DNA from: Catajapyx aquilonaris
Lineage: Eukaryota
Assembly: GCA_000934665.2 (NCBI GenBank)
Contig: JYFJ02001407.1
Location: forward strand, 1 to 64,000
Reading direction: 5' to 3'
DNA: 64,000 nucleotides
The notes beneath the pieces were generated by a model that searched no databases, had not been told where the DNA came from, and was given only the letters and a program-made list of their open reading frames with translations. A program made the translations under genes and the position numbers. Shown piece by piece: positions 38,944-50,900 of this stretch. Numbering within the stretch: the first letter of the stretch is position 1; each line of letters begins with the position of its first letter.

Positions 38944-41900
38944 TCAGCTGTGGCAGTACCTAGTCAACAGGATTGTGAATAGAAAAGCTGTACAGGTGAA
39001 AACAGCACTGGGCAAGGAAGTCCTCTCCACACCTGACACCACTCCTTGCAGCATCCTACATTGACTGGGCTGCCCTTTTCGAATGTTCCCCAAAGAATCG
39101 TGCGCCAGGAGACATAAGATGAGGTCCTTCGCCGGAGGAATCCGGACCACGTCTTCCTTACGCTCGGAGTATGCGATCTGCTTCTCTACCAGAGGTCGAG
39201 ATGTGGACTCTGGGTCGTTGATGACCAGCCGGAAGTTGGCCACGTCCTCTCGAGTGGTCACGTACCATGACAACTTCAGCTGGCTCGCTGACAACCTGCA
39301 ACAAAGGCAGAGCCGGCAAGGGGGATTCTTTGAGATTTGGCCACTGACACTGAGGGATTGTGTGTATTTGTTGGCAAGAAAAATGCAGGAAAAGGTCTCT
39401 TATTTCATACCGAGTGTGAAATACCACATTTCGTGCGTGACGAGTCGGCACGATGACAGTTCAAGATTCGCAATTCCGGAAAATGTGTAAGTGGTTGAGA
39501 CGTTTCTTAAGGTCATCAACGCTCCGTACCCCCCATGATGGGTTATGCAAGAGCGATGTCATGCATCAGTGCAAGAACTGCAGAAATATTACGTACAGCT
39601 TCTTTTTTAGTGAGCAAACTCACCCAGCAATGGATAAATCCCCTAATAAGAAATTGGTCGCGAGTGAGTGGCACTCACCCAAGAGGAACAAGAAGTGGAT
39701 AAGAGAGACAAAAGGCAACCGAACGTGAAGGTGTTGTAATTCCACCCACCCCATCTTTCATTTCCACAACGTGAGGTGTTGCCGGCTAGATTCATCAGTA
39801 TCATCACGCACATGTTGATGAAGAGAATGAGTAATCGGGTCCCACTACCTCATGTCCTTGCCCAACGGCCTTCCCTCGCCATTCTCATCCATTGTTGGGC
39901 ATGCTGCTTTTCGTGCTTGAGCATAGCGATACTGACCTTTCCAGATTTCGAATCTTGACGTCGGGGTTCACTTGAAATCGCTCTTCCAAATCAGGTTGCT
40001 TTTGACACCGCAAATTCGACTCTTGTAGCGCGGTTACAGCTAAACCATTCCAGACTTGAGGGGACGAACATGTAACATGGCTCCAATGGTTGCTTCCATT
40101 TAGCTGAATCGCCAGGTACTGCAGCAGTGGACGAAGTGTGCAGTCACAGTTCATTGGATTACCTGAAATTTTGTGGTATTCGTTATGTGAGACCGTGCGA
40201 CTTGTACGGTGTTGGACTTGGTGTCGTATTGGTGGCGCCATTCGCTCTTTTGTCGTCTCGTGGCGCCACCAGTACGGCACCATTCACATTTCACTAGTAA
40301 TCCATATGAAAATGGAGTAAAATTCTTGCCTTCGAGGTAGAGTTGGGTGCCGTTCTGGACTTGCTTCATTAGTGTCGGGTAGAATTTTCGGAGGTTGTTA
40401 TGTGCCAAATTGATAACACGCAACTGGGGGTAAAGTGGGGTCAAGCGTGAAACGTCTATGCTGTCAAGGCGGTTGTTTTGTAGGTAAAGGTGTGTGAGAT
40501 TAGGTGGTGGTCCTAGTGATCCCTCTTCGAAATGAGTAATTTCGTTGTAGGCGAGATCCAAAACTTGAAGCTGAGTCAGGTTCGCCAAAACGCCTGTGAA
40601 ATAAATGGTGACTTAGTCAAGGTGTTATAATTAGCTCATTAAATAAAATCCGTATGTGTTCTTCAACCTTAGTGTGGTTATAAAAAATTACAGCGTAACG
40701 GCTTAAAGCCTTTCAGAAGTGGTCTTAAATGCTATTAGTGGATTGGATACAGCTAAGCAACAGTAACTGTACTGATACCCTCTTTAACTAATTTTGCATA
40801 GTTTTCTATTATATACGTTTTACACCGCATGCTTTTGCGTAGTAAATTCCAAGTATTTATTAGGTCAAAAATATGGCCGACTTTTTGTTCGACATTGATG
40901 GTTGCAAAATATTTTTATTACTTGTAGTAGCCTATATTTACAGTAATAAGGTGTTGTGATTATATCACTATTTCATGGCTCGACTGAACCCCGCTGATAA
41001 ATTTTCGAGCAAAAAAATAATCCGCAACAGCACTGGCCGAAATTTTCTAGAGGGAGAAATTTTAATACAATATTTGGCCCACTGAATATTTGATCGAGGA
41101 ACCGCCATATAGGCCTACTTGGCACACATTGTTCAAAACACGTACTCGAAGGTTAATGAGTCCTTCGTAAGACTCTTCACTTGCTTCCCTGACCCACAGT
41201 TGAAAATTGTTGATTGGACAGTCGATTATTGTTACAGGACAATGGAATTTTTGTACTAAAAGAGTAGAGGATAGCAATAAAACTATCATTCGGGAATTAA
41301 CAGAGGAATCAACCATCAACGCACATTTTTACCGATGCGTGAGCTGGATTCATCCACACTGTCAGTTAGACAAGAGACAGTTTACGGCCCGTTGCGTGAT
41401 CTAAGTTTATAGCAAATCCAGAAAAACTGATTAATCATATTTGAATAACATGGATCAATCACTTGTATTATACTTGCTTTGTTGTAGATCAAACAATATG
41501 GCTATTACTATTAGCATCTTGTTACATATTATGTGTGCACTTCTGTGAATCTAAGTAGGCTATACCTACAACTGTGCAACATTCGCGTCAACATGCTTCA
41601 GGAAAGCAAATATAGCTAAGGGCGCCAATAAAAGAAGACCTAAATGTGTGGTCTAGGTATAAGTTTATAACATAACTAATACAGTGGTGCCTCGTACTTC
41701 GAACTTAATTCGTTCCAGGATGTCGTTCGAAGTCTGAATAGTTCGAAGTCCGAATCAATTTTCCCCATAAGATGTAATGAAAAGTGAATTAATCCCTTTC
41801 CATGCAGGCCATAAATATCACCCATTTTGATAACCTTAGGCCGAGCGCAAATCATGCAAATTCGGTGAGGCGCGTCGGCCCGATTTGTTGCATAGCAATG

Positions 41901-44900
41901 GATACAACAGGATGCGAGCGCAATTTTCGGCCCAGGATATGTCTCAATATCGAACACCCAAATGCAAATCATGTAATTCGAATTTTCAATGCGATCTCAC
42001 TCGCGGCAATTTCAATACTTCGGGTCACGAAGGGGCAGAGTTGAATGTAATTTCGATGCGATCTCAGGCGCCGAATTGCAGTAGTACTGTAGACTACTAC
42101 ATAATTTTAGGAAAGTAATAACGCCCATAGTTCATGAATGAGGTCATGCTTGATCGCTGTTGGTGTACTATCCACGCTCCATGGGCCACCGGTACTGGTA
42201 CGACGTCACCGGTACGTCACATACTTTATTGGTACAATATAGCATATATAGCACTTAACCTTGTTGCTTGTACTGACTTATTGCCATCAAGGCACTACAT
42301 TAACATGGGCGCCCCTATGCTCGTGGGGTCTTCGGGCAACGTGCCCATGAGTGAAGGCGGCCCTCCTTACAACAATAAAATGCATCCTCTCCTCTGTGTC
42401 GAATATTCCGGAATATTCACTCCGACCTGGGCGCCACCATGTTGGAAATTGTATGCGATGGGGGTAGTTTTCAAGCACTGTTTGAAACATGCAACATCCG
42501 TGCGACGACGCGACGTCGCGTGGAAGCGGATGGAAGCGGCGCGCGCAGCTTGTTTACGCAACCAGTCGGTGCAACGTCGCACCGAATTTGCATGATTTGC
42601 GCCCGGCCTTAGGCCGGGTTGCACCATCTCCCGGAAAATTCGTCTGGCCGACAAAGAGCCGGGTTACTTTGTTATTCATTGTTGACAGCATTGTTGACTA
42701 CAATGGATAACAAAGTAACCCAGCTCTTTGTCGGCCAGACAAATTTTCCGGGAGACGTTGCAACCCGTTCTTAAACAGTATGCTAAATATGCCTACACAT
42801 AAGCAGGGAACATATACTACATAAGAGGTGCAAACATAACTTACGATTCGCGCGTCTCTCGGTTTGGGGCGTTCCCAAGGCTGGCGGCCATTTTGAAACG
42901 GGGGCAACGCCAACGAGGTATAAATAGGGTACAGGCAGGCCGTAAAGGTCCGCCATCTTTGATGGTTTTGGCGGGCATGTCACTTCACGGTAAGAACACG
43001 CGCGAATTTGAATAATTTTGCCGTACTTACGGAATTAATACGTAGAAAAGTGCAAGGAGCTCATATGGAAAAAATATTCAAATTCGCACGTGTTCTTGCC
43101 GTGAAGTGACATGGCCGCCAAAACCATCAAAGATGGCGGACCTTTACGGCCTGCCAGTACCCTATTTATACCTCGTTGGCGTTGCCCCCGTTTCAAAATG
43201 GCCTCCAGCCATGGCAACAGCCCCAAACAGACAGACACGGACATCAAAGGCGCCGACCGAAGTTTGCGCCTCTTATGTAGTATATGCTCCCTGATTTAAG
43301 GTAAAAGGTAGGGTCACTCGTAACTAATAATGATCATACATTTTGTCTTCGATTTGTTTTTGACCTCGGGGCAGTAAAAAAAACCCAAAATCCTCAAATA
43401 CAGGGGTTCTTCCGGGTCGTCTGCCTGACAGCCGAAAACTTTTACCGCCAACACACATTTTCCTTTACTGGCAATTTCCCTGACAACCAATTCCCTTTAC
43501 ATTTTTTTTACGTTACCCCGTGCTAGGGCCATAGGCCCTTATAGGGGGGTGGAATACCACCATTTTTCCTTCAATTTTCTGATTTTTCTTCTAACTCCGG
43601 TGCAAGGATGAAAGGACATGAGGTAAGGATATAGGGATTTTTGGGGAGGGAACATTGGTGCAAGTGCAATGTCGGTAAAGGGGTCATGTGCTGTTCCCCA
43701 GGAGGTTAGGTTGCCAGACACCTCCTTGGTACAGGTCAGAGACCCTCCTGACGCAGGTGAAAGGAAAGTTCCCCAGGCGGGGATCGAACCTGGGGCCTTT
43801 CACTCAGCAAGCCGAGACGTTACCATCACGGCCACCACACCTCCCCAATTCCCTTTAAATCAAAAACCCCTGACAGCCAAAAACTCTTACTGCAAATTCC
43901 CTGACAGCCAATTCCCTTTACAGCCAAAACCCCGGACAGCCAAACATTTTTACAGCCAAACTGAACAGGGCTTCAAAATCGGTTATTTTGGTGGGGTGCC
44001 GACCTTTGGTAGACGTCAGGATCTTTTGAGCATATTAGCAAAGCTGTAACTGCTTATGGAAACAGCCGTTATATAAGCTGTTATTATTTTCAGCCCCCGG
44101 ATCTAGCAGCTTATGTTTAAGGATAATAAAATTAATAATAGCTCAGAGAAACACATATACGACTTACTAGGCGGCGTCACGCGACGGAGGGGTCGTAGGT
44201 GGCATAAGAAGTGGACGTGGAAGCACCCAGGTGCTGGGAGTCTATCCATGTAAGGCTTCAATCTAACGGTAACTGATACCGGTTGACAAGAACATGGTCG
44301 GGGAATTATTTATGTTTCAATTACAAGTGAACAGGGACGTTTCAATCAAAGCGTCCCTGGCGTCTGGGTTGTAATATGTGGACTTCATTGACTATTTAGC
44401 ATTTAGAGGCCTCCTGGGAGGGTCGAGAGTGAACCCGCGGCCCTAGTTTTTATTTTTATATTCTTCCTCCCTGCCGGTTGCGCCGCGAAGCGGCGCCCGC
44501 CCCGCCAAAAAACGAATTGGATGGAATAGTCCTAATCCCAATGCTTTTTTCCCGACTTCATAACTCGCGATCGGGTTAATCGATTTAAAATCGGAAACAA
44601 GATTTACACTCCGCTCACTCCAGTTTCAAACTTTAGCTGGATAAACAACAACTAGGGCCATTACCGGGGTCATTAGCCGGGGTCAAAGTTCAAAAAAGTG
44701 TCGTTAGTCGCACCAGGGTACAGGCTAAACGGTGCATCGTAGAGGGTCATACAATCTGTTATTCGAACCGCAATGTTCCCAGGGGGTGCCCTCCTGCCTA
44801 CCTTTTTTTGAGAAAAACCTTTACTTTTTGAGCTACAAGGCGATTTCGAAAGTGTCAGTTTTGTGGGTCTCGCTCTCTTTCTGTACCGAGACCGGATATA

Positions 44901-47900
44901 CTTGGGAGGGGGGGTCCCAGTCTGGAGCCCACTTCCCCCCCCAGGAGGTTGAAGGGGGGAAACATTTTGGGACGAAAGGGGGGGGCATCAGCAGGTTTTC
45001 ACTTTATTCTGATGATGAAAAGAATTAAATAAAAATAGGTAGTAAAACTGCAGAAAACTATTCTTCCTCTGGGTGAGATTAAAAGTAAGAAACAAGTCCA
45101 TAGGTGGGGGTTGGTTCGTGTCATCATAGGGATGTGTGATAATCAAATTTAATTCAAAACATTCGTGCTTTGGGGCTGGGAAGAATTAGGCAGAGTATGA
45201 GAGTCGGAGGAGTATATTAAAGCGATATCTGCCTAATTCTTCCCAGCCCCAAAGCACGAATGTTTTGAATTAAATTTGATTATCACACATCCCTATGACA
45301 CGAACCAACCCCCACCTATGGACTTGTTTCTTACTTTTAATCTCACCCAGAGGAAGAATAGTTTTCTGCAGTTTTACTGCCTATTTTTTTGTGACTCGCA
45401 GTGATAATGTGAACCTTTTCATTTCCGTTATGAACAGGGATTTTCTTTGAAGGGAGACAAAAATTTCTTCCGTTTCCGCGTTGGGCAGGTTCCGTTATAT
45501 CCGTCAAAAAATACATTGCATACCCTATGCATATGCCCGTTCCCGGAAAAAATTCCGCAATGGGTAGGTTTCCGCTATACCCAGGGTGTATATAATATAC
45601 CAAGAGGAAGTATACTCCCTATCCTTTCCCATTTAATATCCAGGCTGAGGCAGCTGCCATCTTTACCATGGGCATATTGCATTCTGACAGTTGTCTAGCA
45701 ACTGGGAGAACGAACAATAATGACAACTGGTATGACAATTAGTCCAATAATGTCAAGCGTCCGCCATCTTTGCCATGAGCATATTGTTGCCTGCATGAGC
45801 ATATTGTTGCCTGCATTGTTGCCTGCTTTACATTTCACCCCGAGTGCTCTCTGTAGGTATCTCTATCTCTATCTCTATAAATAAGGAAGTTTGTCAGTTT
45901 AGATGTTCGGATGTTTGTCCCTTATAGAAATCCGGGGGAAGGCCCCTACACCGCCTTAAATTAGCATATCGGGGGTTACATTTTTCAAGGAATTTAATGC
46001 CGCATGTTTCAGCTTCCGAAAATGAACCTAACACCCATAACACGCATATTCCCAATTAACCAATTATCAATTACCTATTTAACAATATTCATAAATTTCC
46101 ATGGTAATGCGCTCATTACATTGTAGGCCTACCACCATAACATACCCGGGCAACGCCGGGTAACCTGCTAGTATTACATATTAACTTATAGCAGAACTCT
46201 TTGGTTATGGCACATCGCATCGTTGTTTATATCCGAGCCCCATCTATCAACAATACAGTCCGCTCGCCTAGCGCCTCCCGCGTGACGCGTCTGAGCGCAA
46301 CCGTTCCTTGTCTATGAACCCCCTCTAGATGGCGTTTCCGGACACGGGTTCCTATGTGAAAAATACTTGTTTCTATTACCTCTGCAAGTCTTGACAGAGT
46401 TACAGGGAACACCCTGTATATCAAATGAAAGAGAATCACCAGGTGAATGCGCATATGGAGTTAGGTTTCCTCTAAAATGTAACCAGAAAAACGTGTGTGA
46501 CATTCGATCGGTCACATGTCCAAGCATTTGGCTCCACAATGGCAATTCTGCGAAACATAATATCTATTAGCGCACCCGTAGCCAAATTTGCCAAAACCTG
46601 CAATGAGGAAGACAATGGCAATGAAAAAATTGAATGAGAGGGCTCGCGGAGTGACAACTAAGAAATAGCGTATAGCTGGACGTCGTAAGACGGGGTAGAA
46701 AAATTGAGCGGCACTGAATCAATGGACATACTGTTCACTTCTTGAATCGGACATGAGAAAAGTTTTCATAAAACCTCGCGATATACAACATTCTGTGTAA
46801 AGACTCTGTTGTCGGAGAGCAATGTTCCTTGTTGAGCAGTAGGAGTAGTGAACACTTTGACCTGACTTGAGTTGCGAGACCGGGACAGTGCCACATTCAG
46901 CTGGCCATGTGAGAAGACAGGTTCATCCAGGTAAATGCCCATGTGCTCAAAAGTCTGGCCATGCGACTTGTTGATCGTCATGGCATAGGCTGGAATGATA
47001 TAGGACACTTGCGGCATTTGAGAACAAAAGGCATAGATGTCACTGGGAGCTAAGGTAATTCGGGGCAAGAAAACGACATGACCGCGATTGCATTCCGACA
47101 CTATTTCGGCAGCAATGAAATTAGCGTGAAGCCCAGTGATCAATAAGCGACTGCCGTTCCAGAGTCCTTGTTTGGGATCCAGATTTCTTAGCAACATCAC
47201 CACGACTCCTTGTTTGAGCAACAACTTATGCGGCGGCATGCCTGAGGGAGTAAGCTCATGGAAAAACTCTGGTGGAAAATTGAGGACGTCGTGTTGATCC
47301 TCGGAAACGACTGAATCGGAACAGTAATAGACAACAGACTGTGAAGGGAGTTTGTTAATAATGGATCGATTCATTTCAAGAGTCTTTTTGTTGGTAGGAG
47401 CTAGAATTACTATCTTAGCAAGGTCTGCGACAGGTATGTTGGATCAGTTGTCGCCGTAAATGGCTTCAATCAAATCGACTCTTGCAACCATTTGCGGAGG
47501 GATTTCAACGGAATCGCATGGAAATCCAGGAACATCTGGAGTGGAAGACTCCCGGATCCGATGTTTAGTAGCCACGCGTTGTGTTCATTTTCCCCAGCGC
47601 TGCGCATGTTGGTGGTCAGAGCGAGGTGAGTGAACACGTGCCAAAGAGGGCTTGATTTGATTCAAATTTCGATGACATCCGCTCGACTATCTCGAGCGGC
47701 TCGAGGGACCACCGGTAGGGTCTGCCGGAAATCGCCTCCGATTACAACAACTTTTCCTCCGAACGGCGCGTCATTGTTCGTGATCTCCCGCAAAAGTAAG
47801 TCGATGCAGTGAAGACCGTCCTTTGTCAGCATAGTAATTTCATCAATGATGATTAGCACAGAGTTGAGCATACTGAGGAACTAAGCCATGAACTGGTTGA

Positions 47901-50900
47901 ACGTGACTCCTGCGGTGGAAAATCTGGCCATGGACTTTGAAGACGTAAGGTCCGGCACCACTGAAATCAACAACTTTGGCTCCCATGGACGCAAACGACG
48001 CAGCACTATTGTATGAGCGAATGTTGTCACGGAAGTTCCTATAATCAGGATTGCCAGGATTGGACATCAAGTCACGCAGGAAAAGAGGATAAGGCAAGAC
48101 ATTCCCGTGAGCACCTCGAGGTGTGGACTTTTCCTTTGCGGCAGCAAGTTGTGAATTTACCATCAGAAGGAAGTTCAGTAAGAAAGTTGCGGGACTTACA
48201 GAAGTGGCAAATGACATCCATCGGTCCTCAGAAGTGTGGAACTACTCGGACCTCCAGAAAATGAATAGCTTCGTCGGGAATGGATTGGGTTAGAGGATGG
48301 CGTGCTAATAAGCGTTGAGCCTGGGCCTCTGCATGACGGCTAGCTTGAGATAGTTGGGGTGGTTCTCGCTGAATGCGGAGTCGATGAGCTACAGCGTTTG
48401 CCTGACGAATTCTGTCCAGGGACTCCTGACTTTGCTTTGCTAGCCATCTAGCCTTGCGTGCATTAGCCATCCGACGCTTTCTAGCAATATGGGATCCTCC
48501 TCCTCGTCCATTGTGCGGGTTGTGAGGATATGAGGCACTGAGCGGGTTGTGAGGACGTAAGGTACAGTGCTGGACATATTAGCCGTCGCTGAATGTTTTT
48601 TTTTCCGTCGGCGACGGCGCTGCGTTACCTGGCAACCCCGTCCGGCGGGCCAATTCAAACATCAGCCCATGGAGAGCGCTTCCATTGTTGCCACTGTTTA
48701 CAAATAGAGTGAGTGACGCGGACGACCCAGCGACGGGTCTCTTCTGCCTGCGCACTCACTCACTCGATTTGTAAACAGTGGCAACAATGGAAGCGCTCTC
48801 CATGGGCTGATGTTTGAATTGGCGCTCCGGACGGGGTTGCCAGGTAACGCAGCGCCGTCGCCGACGGAAAAAAAAACATTCAGCGACGGCTAATTTGTCC
48901 AGCACTGTACTGACCACCGACAGAAATTAAGCGACCCTACTCTCCACTGCGCAGTGAGCAGTGAGCCACTGACCCACCCCACCACCCGCCGGACCCCTAT
49001 ACCCTCGGCCTAAAGATTTAGTGCCGTCATGAGAAGGTTGCAGCACTCACCAGGGGCCTGCATTGGCGGGAAAAGAAATAGGTGGCGGTTAGGACTTTTG
49101 GCGGGAAGGGAAATAGTGGCGGCCTGATGAATTAGCGCCGAGACCAAAAGGTGGCACAGCCAGGGACAGCTCTCACCAAGGGCCCTTCTGAGCGTTCCGG
49201 AGGCGAAAAAAATAAGGCTATTATTATAGGGGGATTATTATTATTTTCTTGGGAGCCATGCATGACCCACGATTTTTTTTTACCTCATTAGAGGGAACAG
49301 AGCCCTTTTAGGGGGGTGGGTTACCACCATTTTTCTAACGAAATTTCCATCGCATTTTTCTCTCCGGTTCCGGGGGCAGGATAGGGATTTGTGAAGGGGG
49401 ATACGGGTGCAGGTGCAATGTCCGAAATTTGGGGGTCGTGTGCAGTCCCCCAGGGGGCCAAGCTGCAAGACATTCCGCGAGGTGCGGGTCAGAAACCCTC
49501 CCCCACCCCACACCGACACCGCACCACCTCAAAGACAGGACAAGGATAGGAAAGGAAGGAAGCCGCTGTGGCCTATTTTACGGTACGATCCAGGAAATTT
49601 TCCTGGGGCGACCTTGGACAACCACAGAAAACCAAGGTCAGGACCGCCGGCCTCCGGGACTCGAACCCAGGACCTCACGATTAGCAGTCGGATACCATAT
49701 CCACTCCACCACTAATACTGCTTCCATGACCCACGATTGAAACTGCACATATTAAATTTGGTACGTGTCACAACTCCTGTCACCAAATAATGGCTGCTCT
49801 TACGCAAATAACTTACATCACTAATTGTTGGTGTCTAAATACTGTGACTGAGCATGTGATCAATAACATGCTACGCACGTTTTTCTGGTTACATTTTAGA
49901 GGAACCCTAATTCCATAGGCGCATTCCCCTCGCGGTTCTCTTTCATTTGATGTACTGTAAACAGGGTGTTCCTTGTAATTCGGGACAAGACAAGTGTTTT
50001 TGACATAAGAAGTTAGGAACCTGTGACCGGACACAAAATATGTCACAAATACTTGTCTTGGTTCCCTCTATTACCCCTAGAAGTCTGTCCCGAATTACAG
50101 GGAACACCCTGTATGTTGATTGGATGTTGACCACTTCCACTCACCGGAAAAACATATGAAAAAAAGGTCCCATTTCTACAATTGCGCGATTTTTTCCCTC
50201 CCCACGGTATTCGTACTTGTATACTTTCGCTGAAACTTGATATGAAGTGTTATGGCATAGGTGTGTACTCTACAGCTGTGATTTAAAAAAATAAAATCCG
50301 AGATGATATAACAACATTTAGGCCCACTTGATTGGGGAAACAATCCTATATTTGAGGATTTTGGTTTTTTGACTGTCCCGAGGTCAAAAACAAATTGCAG
50401 ACAAAATGAATGGTCATTATGAATTACGAGCACGGTTACGAGTGACCTAAGGAACATGAAAATAGCGATGAATTTCCATGACAGAAAAAAGTTGATTCTT
50501 GTTGCTTAGTGTAATCAATCAAATCAATCAAAATAAAGTGATAAAAGCACTCACAACAACACACGAGGGTAAGGCATGATATGCTTTCACATCGAGAGCG
50601 AGAGACGACTTGGGCGCAAAACATATTATGGCATTTACGCAGCGATAGCATTTTTTCGTCGTGCAAGTAGTTCGAACTTAGAAGCATTTTCCGAACTCCA
50701 GATCTGCTCCAGATCAAATTTCTCGTGAATTAAGCCTTCGCACTCTGGAACGTTCGAAGTTAGGGGCGTTCGAAGAGCGACGTTCCCCTCACTGTATATG
50801 GTTACTAATAATGAAATCAAAATAATTATAGCCCTGAGTCGAGACTATGGTTCCCGTAGATAACTACGTCATTGTACATTATATCACTGTACCATATAAT

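Larger units (their letters stand above)
43311..50448. mobile_element. TIR element (unclassified) split by later insertions
   Basis: ~100-bp inverted ends: ggtcactcgtaac...tttgtttttgacctcggggcagt...aaaatcctcaaata (43311-43410) versus tatttgaggatttt...actgtcccgaggtcaaaaacaaa...gttacgagtgacc (50345-50447). Confidence 0.7.
41682..50794. mobile_element. pogo/Tigger-like element ends bracketing a nested insertion stack
   Basis: Left end ta|cagtggtgcctcgtacttcgaac (41682-41800); right end gttcgaagagcgacgttcccctcactg|ta (~50670-50794); both carry repeated gttcgaa motifs. That they are one element is inference. Confidence 0.55.
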
